Shown here: positions 24,161-33,998 of the stretch, one piece after another
Position numbering within the stretch: the stretch's first letter is position 1
Layout: each line of letters opens with the position of its first letter
IMG/VR virus record: IMGVR_UViG_3300042922_000265
Span: 32,001 to 96,000 of that record
Direction: 5' to 3' (one strand)
DNA: 64,000 nucleotides
Origin: a virus
Program-made: the position numbers and the translations under genes
Notes under the pieces: model-generated
The model's input: only the letters and a program-made list of their open reading frames with translations
The model's database searches: none
Told to the model about the DNA's origin: nothing

Positions 24161-25507
24161 CTATGTCCTCACGAAGTTTGCTGGGTCCCGAACCTCACGG
24201 TTGGCGCTACGTGGGTGTCGTGCCGTCCAGCTGCTGGTCACCGTAGAATCTCGCGCAGGCGCGGAGTACGCGATGGCCAGATCTGCGGTGAACGTGCGCT
24301 TGCTGACAGATGCCTTCTCCACTGGGAGACGGTACCGCTGGTCGTCGGCGTAACCGCCGATGGCCAGGACCTCGGCCTTGCGCTCGTCGATGTATTCCTG
24401 CTGCGAGGTGTAGGGGAACTGGTAGGCAGTCCGGTCGGGGTTGACCGCTGGTGCCTCGGTCGGGGTCAGACCGAACTTACCGCCTGGGTAGTTGTCCGGG
24501 CTGTCGGCCTTCTCGTATTCCATCCACGCGGTGAACTGGCCGGTGGACTCGAACATCTCGAACGGCGGCTCGTTGCGGAACTGGCCGTCAGGCAGCCGGT
24601 AGCTGTACCCCACCGCATCGATCGGGCTGCGCTTGCCGCCGCCGACCAGGTAGTAGTAGCTGTACTCGCTGGTGATGTTGAACCGGGCGTAGGGGGCCAG
24701 CTCGGGGCTCTTGGACCACATCCACCGCTCGGACAGCTCCAGGTCGGCGGCCAGCAGCTCTGGTGCCGGGTAGTCCTCCAGCACGGGAGTGCCGGTGACG
24801 ACCTTCTGGACCTCGTAGTAGACGCTGTCGGCGACGATGCCGCGCACGGGCACCGGAGCCGAGACGCTCAAGCCGTTCTCGTCGATCGTGGCGATGGTGT
24901 CCTGCGGGGTGATCTTGTCGAGCATGTCGCGCAGCAGTCGGCGTTCCTTGGGGTCCAGCGCGGCCTTGTGGGGCCGGATGGTGACCTCATTACGAGCACT
25001 GAACGGCGCTCGGCCCACGTTGGCACCGAGACCGAAGTTGTCGATGTAGCGCCAGTTCTCCATGATCTCGCAGTCCACCGAGCAGGCGGCGTGCACGGCC
25101 CTGCGGATGCCCTCCGGGGTGCCTCCGGCGGTGCAGGCCGCGAAGTACTCGGTGATGCGCGCGCGGTACCAGGCGTCGGAGACCTCCACGACGTTCCACT
25201 GCTCGCTGGTGAGCATGTCGGTCATGGTGTTGTAGGGGTAGCTCTCCGAGGGCGCGCGGGACAGGAACTTCATGTTGCCGAAGATGTAGTCCAGATCCGA
25301 GCCGTAGATGCCCGAGATCGCGCCGGAGAGGCGCTGCAGGAAGATCTCCTTCTTCAGCGTCCCCGCCCCGGCGTCACCGCACATGGCGTCCATGAACTTG
25401 TACAGGACCGTGGTCGGGTCGGCGACATAGACGTTCTGGTCAAAGTGGGCCAGCCGAAGCTCGGTGGACTTCGGCGGCAGCAGCGGAAACGGTGCGTTAT
25501 TGGGCAT
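24161..25507 (-). CDS. baseplate wedge protein
   Basis: YRARI...GGTPEGIR pattern, directly after baseplate J. Confidence 0.7.
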   Translation of the reverse strand: MPNNAPFPLLPPKSTELRLAHFDQNVYVADPTTVLYKFMDAMCGDAGAGTLKKEIFLQRLSGAISGIYGSDLDYIFGNMKFLSRAPSESYPYNTMTDMLTSEQWNVVEVSDAWYRARITEYFAACTAGGTPEGIRRAVHAACSVDCEIMENWRYIDNFGLGANVGRAPFSARNEVTIRPHKAALDPKERRLLRDMLDKITPQDTIATIDENGLSVSAPVPVRGIVADSVYYEVQKVVTGTPVLEDYPAPELLAADLELSERWMWSKSPELAPYARFNITSEYSYYYLVGGGKRSPIDAVGYSYRLPDGQFRNEPPFEMFESTGQFTAWMEYEKADSPDNYPGGKFGLTPTEAPAVNPDRTAYQFPYTSQQEYIDERKAEVLAIGGYADDQRYRLPVEKASVSKRTFTADLAIAYSAPARDSTVTSSWTARHPRSANREVRDPANFVRT

Positions 25508-25510
25508 GGG

Positions 25511-27253
25511 TCACCTGTTGGCCTTGCGCAGGACGACCGCCTCGACGAAGACCGGCAGGGTGTTGTCCGAGAGCTTGAAGTCACCGGTCTGGATGCTCTG
25601 CGGGACGGTATCCGAGCTGGCCGCGTACACCTTGACGCCATAGTTGGTGCCGTGCTCGGTGCTGGTGGTGATGTTGACGTTGTCCACGCCCAGGACCTGG
25701 TGCACGGCCAGATTGATGTCGCTCATCTCAATCCAGGACCCGAACGGCAGGCCCGCGAAGTACTGGCGCAGCCGATCCTGAATGGCGTTGGTGATCTGGC
25801 CGACGACCATGCCTCGATCGAACTCGATGGACAGGTAGATCTTGAGGTAGGCGTATCCGGCCTGGTGGACCATGACGTCGGTGGTGATCTGCTTGTTCTG
25901 CTTGACCACGGCACCCAGAACCTCTGGCACCCGGTTGTAGACGTAGGACAGGGTCAGCGGGGTGCCAGAGGACGGCCCTGCGGGCAGCCATTCGATACCG
26001 GCGACCTCGCGGGTGGACCCGGCATCCAAGGTGGTACCGCGCAGCAGGTGGTAATGCACACCCTGCTGGTAATTCGTCACGCCGACAACGATGGACGACG
26101 GGAAGGTCAGGATTGGTACCGACCCCAGGCGCATGAACCGGTTGGACGACGATGGGCTACCGGCGGTGCCCACTCGGGCGAAGTTGCCGGTCCACAGCTC
26201 GTCGGCGCTGTTGCTGGAGAGCAGCTGGGCGCTCACCACGGTGCGCTCGGTGATCGTATAGGGGTCCTGGCCGTTGACGAACAGATCGACCTTGTTGGTG
26301 ATACCCGCCTGCGGGTTGTTGCGGCTGGAGCGGGTGGTGTACTCGAACTCCACATCCACGATGTCGCCGACGACCATCGCGCCGGAGGAAATACGTTCGA
26401 TCTGCGGGGATGCGCCTGAAACGAAGACATAGTCGTCATAGGGGCGGTAAAATACTTCGCCCTCTTGGCCCAGGTTCTTGAATACGGTCTCGCCCTTGGG
26501 CCAGGCGTACTTGACGTCGGCGGTGACCGGCAGGTTGAGCACGGTATCCGGGACGGCGATCTGGGTGACGTACTTCTTGATCGGGCCAAAGCAGCTGGCC
26601 TTGGATACGAACTGATTCTGGTATGCCAGTCCCAGGTACCAATCCTCGGTGCCTGCGATGTTACGCATGAAGGTGTCCTTGAACCGCTGACGCAGCTCGG
26701 CGTCGGTCTCGACGTCCACGCCGCCGGTCAGTGCGTTCAGGTTGGTAACCGAGGTGGCCCCGATGATGGAGCCCAGGAACACGATGGAGTCAGGCGGGAC
26801 GTTACCGGCAGTGCCCACGACAGTGCACTGGATCGGCACGTCAGCGACATAGCTACCGGTGGGGATGACCACAGCCTGGGTAGAGCTGAAATAGAGCTGG
26901 GAGGCACTGCCGGGAAGACCCTGTCGGGTGTAAAACTGAGTGCCCTGCGGGATGGGGATGTCCTGGGCGTTGGCGGTAGCCAGCTCCACTCGGACAACTC
27001 CCGAGGACTGGCGTCCCTGCAGACGGGCAAAGCCAAAGATACCGACCCATTGCTCCAGTTCCAGACCGGCCTTGGACTCGATGTCGAGCAGAGACCCCAC
27101 CAGGTACTGATCGACGTAGGCGTCAGCGATCGACTCGGCGACGGCGTCAAGCATCTTGCGTTCGGGGGTGCCCAATTCCAGGCTGAAGCCTGGCGCGGTG
27201 ACACGGAGCTTCGCCAACATCTCCTTGGCGATCTCATCGGGGGTCTTGGCCAA
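25511..27253 (-). CDS. baseplate J-like protein
   Basis: GTAGNV...TNLNALTGGVDVETDAELRQR. Confidence 0.9.
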   Translation of the reverse strand: MAKTPDEIAKEMLAKLRVTAPGFSLELGTPERKMLDAVAESIADAYVDQYLVGSLLDIESKAGLELEQWVGIFGFARLQGRQSSGVVRVELATANAQDIPIPQGTQFYTRQGLPGSASQLYFSSTQAVVIPTGSYVADVPIQCTVVGTAGNVPPDSIVFLGSIIGATSVTNLNALTGGVDVETDAELRQRFKDTFMRNIAGTEDWYLGLAYQNQFVSKASCFGPIKKYVTQIAVPDTVLNLPVTADVKYAWPKGETVFKNLGQEGEVFYRPYDDYVFVSGASPQIERISSGAMVVGDIVDVEFEYTTRSSRNNPQAGITNKVDLFVNGQDPYTITERTVVSAQLLSSNSADELWTGNFARVGTAGSPSSSNRFMRLGSVPILTFPSSIVVGVTNYQQGVHYHLLRGTTLDAGSTREVAGIEWLPAGPSSGTPLTLSYVYNRVPEVLGAVVKQNKQITTDVMVHQAGYAYLKIYLSIEFDRGMVVGQITNAIQDRLRQYFAGLPFGSWIEMSDINLAVHQVLGVDNVNITTSTEHGTNYGVKVYAASSDTVPQSIQTGDFKLSDNTLPVFVEAVVLRKANR

Positions 27254-27268
27254 CTGACGGCCCTCCTG

Positions 27269-27688
27269 CTACTGGATCGAAGACGCCACGTTGATCGTGG
27301 CGGTGTTGCCCGACCCATTACGCAGCTTGATGGTCACATTCACCGTGTCGAAGTCGACTCGGGTCTGAATATCGTCGATGGCCACCAGCAACTCACTGGT
27401 GCTGTAGTCCTGCGGGTTCTCCTTGATCCCCCGCAGCTGAACAGCCTGGTAATTTCGCAACACCCGAAGGACCTCGGATTGGACCTCGGCGCGAGTGGAA
27501 TCACTGACCACGCCGCCGATGAACTCCTGAAGGATACTGCCCATGGTGACGTGGAACCGGTCCCAGCCGTAACGCTCCATGATCCACAGGTAGATGTCCT
27601 GGTTGAGCTTGTCGACGCCATGCACAAGGTCAAGCCGGTTGCCCTGTTGCACCAGATCGCCGTCGGCAATTGCCAAACTGAAGCTCAT
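27269..27688 (-). CDS. baseplate wedge/sheath initiator (gp25-like)
   Basis: size, position, DRFH..GS motif. Confidence 0.75.
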   Translation of the reverse strand: MSFSLAIADGDLVQQGNRLDLVHGVDKLNQDIYLWIMERYGWDRFHVTMGSILQEFIGGVVSDSTRAEVQSEVLRVLRNYQAVQLRGIKENPQDYSTSELLVAIDDIQTRVDFDTVNVTIKLRNGSGNTATINVASSIQ

Positions 27689-27722
27689 CAGTCCTCCTCA
27701 TTCATTCCGGTCGCTCGTGGCC

Positions 27723-28529
27723 TCAGACCCACTCCACGCGGGTCAGGGGGTCACCACCACTGGTGCCTGATCCCGGCGTGGCACCACCACCGCCGCCGCC
27801 GTTACCACTGCGGCTGTTCCTGACGCCTGCCGTGCCTGGCGCGCCCCGGAAGTTCAGGCCGCCGGGGGTACCGCCAGTCGCCGTACCAGATGCGCCACCA
27901 CCGCCGCTGCCGTTGTCTCGCGACCCACCGCCACCACCGCCGCCGGAGCCCGCGCCGTTGGAGCGCGATTGACCTGAGACACCGGAACTGACGCCAGAAC
28001 CGCCACCGCCGCCATTGCCGCCGGAATCCACAGATACACCCGTGACACCTTGGACCAGAGTCGCCCCACCAGCACCGCCGCCGAAACCGGGGCGACCCCA
28101 ATTGGCTCGCAGGATCACTCCCCCGGAGACGAACTGACAGGGGCGCGCGACCCAGGTGAACCCACTCTGATACCAGGTATTGCCCATAGTCAGCGTGAAG
28201 GTCTCACCGAGCAAATCCGCCGGGACGAAGAATCGGTTGATGCGTGCTCCACCGCCACCGCCGTCGCCACCCGTGGCGATCTTGTTGGAGCCACTTCCCG
28301 TACTGCCGCCGCTACCGTTCCCGCCGCCGCCGAGCAAGGTCACCCAGCACCCCTCGGTCCAGGCCGGTACCGGTTCGTCGGTGTAGTTGATGTTCTGGAT
28401 GGTGAACGGAACGAAGGTTGGCCAGATACGTGCGCCCTGCAGATAGGCGGCCTCGACCGGGACGTCCCCGATGAACGCACCATCCATGCCTCGGTAGAAC
28501 TCGCCGAGGTCTCCGACTCCCATCCCCAT
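27723..28529 (-). CDS. glycine-rich minor tail protein
   Basis: LGGGGNG...GGGGG repeats. Confidence 0.75.
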   Translation of the reverse strand: MGMGVGDLGEFYRGMDGAFIGDVPVEAAYLQGARIWPTFVPFTIQNINYTDEPVPAWTEGCWVTLLGGGGNGSGGSTGSGSNKIATGGDGGGGGARINRFFVPADLLGETFTLTMGNTWYQSGFTWVARPCQFVSGGVILRANWGRPGFGGGAGGATLVQGVTGVSVDSGGNGGGGGSGVSSGVSGQSRSNGAGSGGGGGGGSRDNGSGGGGASGTATGGTPGGLNFRGAPGTAGVRNSRSGNGGGGGGATPGSGTSGGDPLTRVEWV

Positions 28530-29623
28530 TACATGACCACCAGGTAGAGGGTGTTGGGGTCCTTCACTCCGATCGCGTCATACTGGGCCTGAGTGCCACG
28601 CCAGATGGCCAGGTTGTCCGGGGTGCCGTTGTTGGTCGCCACGACGCGCCCGGTCGCCAGATCGCTCGGGGGGATGCCGGTCGGAGGCTTGTTGTAGGCA
28701 CCGATGACTGTCCGCGCGTACGCCTCATTGGGGGCGGTGAGCAGCTCACGTCCGATCACTGTGGAGTCGGTGATGTCGGCGCTGGTGGTCGCTGCACCGA
28801 TAGCCTCACGCGCGGCAGCCTGGGTAGGTGCGGTCAACACGGCGCGACCGATTGCCGTGGAGTCCAGGATGTCCTCGGAATTGGTGCTGACTCCGGTGCC
28901 GATGTTCAGCGCAGCACGCGCGGCGGCGGCGTCAGCCGCCGTCAACAGCTCGCGGCCCACGGTGGTGGAGTCCAGGATGTCCTCGGACTCGATCTCGGTC
29001 AGGCCCGCATCAGCGGCTGCCAAAGACGCCTGGACGTCGGCGGACAGATCGGTACGGGGAATGCCGCTGCCGGGTTTGGTGTAACTACCTGCGTTGATGA
29101 GCGCCCGGATGGCCGCCGCATCAGCGGCGGTGAGCACCGCGCGCCCTATTCCGGTGGAATCCTGGATGTCGGTACTCAGCACGTAGGAGCCCGAGGACGG
29201 GATGACCGGAATCCAGGTGCCGTCGTCCTGCTGCTTCTCCAGTTTGCCATCAGTGCTGCGATAATGGGTCCCGCCCAATACGAGATCCGCATTGACGTTG
29301 ACCTGGCTGCCGTGCAGCTCCAGCGGACCCTTCTTGCCCCCGACGCTGACCTGGCCCTCCACGGCCTCGGTCAGCAAGGTCTCGTCATTGAAGGGGATGC
29401 GTCCGTACAGTCGCCAGACCCCATCGAACCGTTCGACATACCACTGCTCGCCGATCGCCGGGGTGATGGTGATCTCGCCGACCGAGAAGCTGCAGTCGAC
29501 GGTGATCAGGGTCCCAATGCGGGTGATGACGGCAGCAGAGCGCGTCGCGGGGTCCACCGAGTGAATCGCCACCGGTTGAATATCGCGATCGGCGTTGCTG
29601 TGCCGCGTGTAGCCGTCAGCCAC
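28529..29623 (-). CDS. tail spike/fibre-like protein with four DIxDSTxxGRxxLTA repeats
   Basis: OB-fold-like N-terminus (PAIGEQWYV), internal repeats, C-terminal GTQAQYDAIGVKDPNTLY; GTG start 29623. Confidence 0.7.
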   Translation of the reverse strand: MADGYTRHSNADRDIQPVAIHSVDPATRSAAVITRIGTLITVDCSFSVGEITITPAIGEQWYVERFDGVWRLYGRIPFNDETLLTEAVEGQVSVGGKKGPLELHGSQVNVNADLVLGGTHYRSTDGKLEKQQDDGTWIPVIPSSGSYVLSTDIQDSTGIGRAVLTAADAAAIRALINAGSYTKPGSGIPRTDLSADVQASLAAADAGLTEIESEDILDSTTVGRELLTAADAAAARAALNIGTGVSTNSEDILDSTAIGRAVLTAPTQAAAREAIGAATTSADITDSTVIGRELLTAPNEAYARTVIGAYNKPPTGIPPSDLATGRVVATNNGTPDNLAIWRGTQAQYDAIGVKDPNTLYLVVM

Positions 29624-32525
29624 CGGGGTGCATCCATTCGTAGTTCGATGGCATCGGCGTGCCGTCGACATCGCGCTGATCCCAGTGGGTGCCGAAGACC
29701 AGTCCCTCGTCGATCCGCTGCGCGATGCGCCGGATGTTCGGGTTCGATGGTGCCATGATCGTGGCCGTGGTGGTGAACCCATTCTCAAAATCACCCGAAT
29801 GGGTCACGCCCGCGACATAGACCTGCAGGTTGTGACCCACAAGGTTGATACGCATGCCGGGATACATGTCGGGCATGAAGGTGAAGTCGACCTGGGTGGA
29901 GTACTGCTCGGCCCACTTGGTCATGAAGATCTGGAGTGCCATCAGGAACTCCATCTCACCGTTCATGATCGTCGACATGCTCTGCACCAGCGGACGGACA
30001 CCGAACCGTCGCATGATGTCCTTGCCGTTCTTCAGCTCGGACCCGTCCGGTGTCGGCGCGGCGGCGGTCATCCGGCGGAACATCCATTCGTTCTCGACGG
30101 TTGCTACGCCCTTGGTGGCCAGCCAGCCCTGAATGCCTTGGGGCGCGCCACGAGGGCTCGCCGAACCGGCAACGTAGACGTGCGTGGCCAGCGCATCGTC
30201 GTTCCAGTTGATGGTGATGTTCTTGATCTCGATGTCCTCGATGTCCATGACGGCATCCTTGCCGTCCAGACCGAAGTAATCGGGGAAGTAGGCCGCGAAA
30301 CTGCCGTCAGGCATGGACTGGAAGTTACGCAGACCCGCCTTGCAGACCGAGGCCACGGACTGGATGATCGGTTCGTCATTGATGAACGCCTTCTCCTCCT
30401 GCTCCTTGCCTGATCCGTAGTACGAGGAGATCGCGCTCATGAATTTGCCAGGCTCGAACATGTAGGAGAACAGGTTACGAGCAATCGGCTCGGAGGACCC
30501 CGTCTGGTACGTGCCACCATTGGTGCCCTGAGCTGCGGTTCCGGGAGCTACGCCCGTGCTGGGATTGCCTGCCACCTGCGCGGCACGGATCGGATCAAAA
30601 GCGATCGGAGATGGCCCCGAATAGGTTGCTGGCGGGTAGGTGACAACCAGTTCAGGCTCAAAGTACAGCGGGGCGACCTTGACGACGTCACCACTCTGTG
30701 GAGCATGCAGGATGCTGTTTGCGCCCAGGTAGATGACCACGTGGCCCAGTCCCGGCGGGAAGAGCAGATCCCCCGGCTTAGCCTGTGCCATGGTGATCCG
30801 CTGGCCGTTGCTGGCCTGGGTGTAGGTGTCGCGACCGATCTTGATGCCGATGTAGGCGTAGCACGCCTGGGTCAACCCCGAGCAGTCGTAGGCCACCGGT
30901 CCGGTAGCGCCCCACTGGTACGGACGGCCCAGCTGAGCCATGGCGAAGTTGATGACCTCGCCCAGGTCGTACTGGGGACGGTTGATGGCCTGATTGACGC
31001 CCTGGGTGCTGACCTGACCGTTGACAGTCGGAATGCCAGGAAGGCCACCGGTGCTGCCGGGGATACCGGCGGTGATCGCAGGCGGCGCAGTGCCACCACC
31101 GGGGATGCCGGTCACACCCTGGCTCATGCCGCCGGTGCCGGTAGCCGTGCCGGTACCCAGCCGGATCGCACGCACCTCCTCGATCGACGTTGCCTCGTGG
31201 GTGGCGTAGTTGCTGCCGTCAGAGAACGCCGAACGCTGCACGGCCTGGCAGGCCGCTGCGCGCGGCATGTTGCGCCAGTCGTGGTCCTTGAGCGCGTTGA
31301 GGAACATGCCGGTGGACTCGCGGACGTTCATCCGCTGATCCACATTGCCCCACCCTGGCTGCTGCTGGTAGAGGCCCACCGAGAGGTGATCGGAGCCCAG
31401 TGCCTCGTGCGGGAACTTCAGCGATTCCGGCACGGCGGTGTTGGCGTACATGATCCAGTTGGACTCGGCCATGATGGTCATGAAGCAGTGCACGGCGGCG
31501 TCGCTCTTCATGGCCGCGTCGGTGTAGTTGGCGTACAGGCGCTGCTGATCCTTCCACGCCTGCTGGTCCTTCCAGTCCGTACCGCCGGAGGCGGCAGTGG
31601 CCGCACCCTGGCCGAGGCCCAGGGACCGGGTGTCCACACCCATACCCATCTCGTCGACCGCGCGAATGACCTCCAGCTTCCTGGACACCGCGTCCAGGTG
31701 GTAGCCACCCTTGGTGACACCCAGCTGGCGTCCCGCCTGCGCACCGACACCACCGGAGGTGTCACTGCCCAGCAGCATCCGGCGGAAGTCCTCGACCTGC
31801 TTCTGGCTGCCCTTGAGCCTGTTGAGCTGGTCGCGCATGTAGTTCATGTAGCCCATGGGGAAGCGCTGGATATGCACCTGAGAGCTGTCCCAGTTTCCGG
31901 CCTCGGTGAGCAGACGGCGCAACGTGGAACCCAGACCGGCGTCCAGCTGGCCGCCCTCAAACCCGTCGCGCTCGTTGTTCTTCATCTGGTCGAAGATCTC
32001 GGCGGACTGCGGCAGTCCGGGGTCCCACCAGGTGTGCAGCAAGCGCTTGAGCGTGCAGCTGGCCCGGAAGTCGGTGGTGCCAGGATAGAGCTGGACCAGG
32101 GGGACCGAGTCCAGATACCCCGAGAACACCTGGTGCCAGCTCAGCCGCTTCATGAAGATCGCTACGCGGTCCATCGGCGCGAACAACGGGGTGTAGCGCC
32201 CCTGACGGCTGCCGTCCTTGGCGGGCTTGTTGGTCAGCCGGAAAGCCGCCGAGCTGACTGAGTTCTCCACCCGGTTGATCGAGACGGCCACGATGTCATC
32301 GCTCACGTCGTACTGCTTGTTGCCGCGCGCGATGATGATGCGGACCTCTGGGGTGTAGACCAGGGTCTTCATCGGCGGTGGCTCGCGGGTGCCGACATCG
32401 GTCAGGTAGCTGTGATCGGGCAGGAAGCTGCCGCTGCTGGCCTCACTGGAGCCGGTGTAACCGCTGCCGGGGGTAGGTCCAGGCAGCGGCGTCACGTTGC
32501 CGATCGGCAGGTTCGGACTGGTCAT
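29616..32525 (-). CDS. baseplate hub / tail-associated peptidoglycan hydrolase (lysozyme-like + NlpC/P60)
   Basis: MAES...SVGLYQQQPGWG...QAVQRSAF; PYQWGATGP.AYDCSG...GHV. Confidence 0.85.
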   Translation of the reverse strand: MTSPNLPIGNVTPLPGPTPGSGYTGSSEASSGSFLPDHSYLTDVGTREPPPMKTLVYTPEVRIIIARGNKQYDVSDDIVAVSINRVENSVSSAAFRLTNKPAKDGSRQGRYTPLFAPMDRVAIFMKRLSWHQVFSGYLDSVPLVQLYPGTTDFRASCTLKRLLHTWWDPGLPQSAEIFDQMKNNERDGFEGGQLDAGLGSTLRRLLTEAGNWDSSQVHIQRFPMGYMNYMRDQLNRLKGSQKQVEDFRRMLLGSDTSGGVGAQAGRQLGVTKGGYHLDAVSRKLEVIRAVDEMGMGVDTRSLGLGQGAATAASGGTDWKDQQAWKDQQRLYANYTDAAMKSDAAVHCFMTIMAESNWIMYANTAVPESLKFPHEALGSDHLSVGLYQQQPGWGNVDQRMNVRESTGMFLNALKDHDWRNMPRAAACQAVQRSAFSDGSNYATHEATSIEEVRAIRLGTGTATGTGGMSQGVTGIPGGGTAPPAITAGIPGSTGGLPGIPTVNGQVSTQGVNQAINRPQYDLGEVINFAMAQLGRPYQWGATGPVAYDCSGLTQACYAYIGIKIGRDTYTQASNGQRITMAQAKPGDLLFPPGLGHVVIYLGANSILHAPQSGDVVKVAPLYFEPELVVTYPPATYSGPSPIAFDPIRAAQVAGNPSTGVAPGTAAQGTNGGTYQTGSSEPIARNLFSYMFEPGKFMSAISSYYGSGKEQEEKAFINDEPIIQSVASVCKAGLRNFQSMPDGSFAAYFPDYFGLDGKDAVMDIEDIEIKNITINWNDDALATHVYVAGSASPRGAPQGIQGWLATKGVATVENEWMFRRMTAAAPTPDGSELKNGKDIMRRFGVRPLVQSMSTIMNGEMEFLMALQIFMTKWAEQYSTQVDFTFMPDMYPGMRINLVGHNLQVYVAGVTHSGDFENGFTTTATIMAPSNPNIRRIAQRIDEGLVFGTHWDQRDVDGTPMPSNYEWMHPGG

Positions 32526-33112
32526 CGGCCTACCGCCGGAGGTGCGGTCGGCAGGATCGCCGGAGGCTGAATCAGGGTGCTGTCTTGTGGGTTGACCGGC
32601 TGGGTGGTGTTGGTGAAGTTCGGCTGGACCAGCAGGATGTCATCTCGGTATCCCCGGTAGGGGGCGATCAGGTCACCGATGATCTTCATGATGTCGCCGA
32701 ATCCCCGGCTGCCCAAGGTTGTCTTCTCGCTCATCATGGAGTCGACCAGCATGACTCCGAACGTGGCCGACGGAGCGACCTCGAATCGCTTCTCGTTGAC
32801 GGTGTAGCTGGTGATGTACCCCGTCCAGTTGTCGATGTTGCGCTCGGGCCACCACAGTGTCAGCTCACTGTTCTTCTCCATCCGAGACTTCTGCTGATGC
32901 TCACGGACCCACGACTCGAACTCGTGCTTGTCCTCCAGGCTCTTGTACTGGACGGTGAAGTTGATGTCGGGCTGGCCGCACCGGATCGGGAAGTGGTGCA
33001 TCATCTTGGCCGTCTGCGCGCTGGTGATCGATGCATTCATCGGCGAACGGAACTGCGTGACGTTCATTTTGAACTCACGCGACTTGTAGTCGTAGATGTA
33101 CAGGTGGCTCAC
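32522..33112 (-). CDS. tail/baseplate assembly protein
   Basis: overlapping start/stop within tail operon. Confidence 0.65.
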   Translation of the reverse strand: MSHLYIYDYKSREFKMNVTQFRSPMNASITSAQTAKMMHHFPIRCGQPDINFTVQYKSLEDKHEFESWVREHQQKSRMEKNSELTLWWPERNIDNWTGYITSYTVNEKRFEVAPSATFGVMLVDSMMSEKTTLGSRGFGDIMKIIGDLIAPYRGYRDDILLVQPNFTNTTQPVNPQDSTLIQPPAILPTAPPAVGR

Positions 33113-33288
33113 TGATGCTGCCCCCGTCCCATGATGCGCGAAGGGCGCTGGATGGGGTCCAGATCCTCACCAGCGCGGAAGAAGAACCCCCACTGGTTGC
33201 TCCAGACCAGACCGTTGCAGTCCCAGTGGACCTCCCAGCCAGTGTTGCGCGGGCGGCTCACCGGGGTGTTGCTCACGTAATCAGCCAT
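33109..33288 (-). CDS. small hypothetical protein
   Basis: GGAGG RBS, MADYVSNTPV... Confidence 0.6.
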   Translation of the reverse strand: MADYVSNTPVSRPRNTGWEVHWDCNGLVWSNQWGFFFRAGEDLDPIQRPSRIMGRGQHQ

Positions 33289-33290
33289 GG

Positions 33291-33998
33291 TTACCTCCCT
33301 GGCGTCGGTGCGGTCACGCCCACGCCGGGCAGGCCGCTGTCGGGCTTGTTGACGGCCTCCGGCAAGTAGATCCCGCCGCCGCCGGTTGCGAATTGCAGAA
33401 TGTCCTGATAGGTGTCCAGGCCCTGACGCACCACGCCGCCGACGTCGCCGATGATGTCCATCAGCGGGCTGCCGGTCAGGTTCGGGTCGTTGTATGGCGA
33501 ACGCTGGAATCCCACGCCGTCCATCAGGCGGCGCAGCTCTGCCGAGAGCGAGTTGCGCGTCATGAGGCCCGAGACGTCCTCCTGGACCTTCATGGTGATC
33601 TCGAACTCGCGCAGCACCTCGTTCATGGCGTCCTGGAAGGGGACGCTGGCGATGTAGCAATTGAGCTTCCACCCACGGGTGGTGTACTCGAACGTCGCCG
33701 GGGTGCCGTCGCGCTGGTCAACCATGACGTCACGCAGGAACTTGGACATCCGGTTGATGTAGTCCCAGCCACCCCGACCGGCCTCGGCCTTGAGACTGAA
33801 GTCATCGATGCGGGTGCCCAGAAGCTGGATCACGCGCCCGCCGTAGGTCTGGTCGATGCGCTTGTTGAGCGTGTAGGACCAGCGGAACTCGTTCGGGTTG
33901 GTACGGAACCGGAAGGTTCGCCCATGGTGGGTCAGGCTGGCGATGCCATTCTCACCCTTGCGTAGGGGCGCAGCCTGCTGCGGGAAGGTGTAGGCCAT
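33291..33998 (-). CDS. tail tube initiator-like protein
   Basis: FRFRTNPNEF motif, immediately after tape measure. Confidence 0.65.
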   Translation of the reverse strand: MAYTFPQQAAPLRKGENGIASLTHHGRTFRFRTNPNEFRWSYTLNKRIDQTYGGRVIQLLGTRIDDFSLKAEAGRGGWDYINRMSKFLRDVMVDQRDGTPATFEYTTRGWKLNCYIASVPFQDAMNEVLREFEITMKVQEDVSGLMTRNSLSAELRRLMDGVGFQRSPYNDPNLTGSPLMDIIGDVGGVVRQGLDTYQDILQFATGGGGIYLPEAVNKPDSGLPGVGVTAPTPGR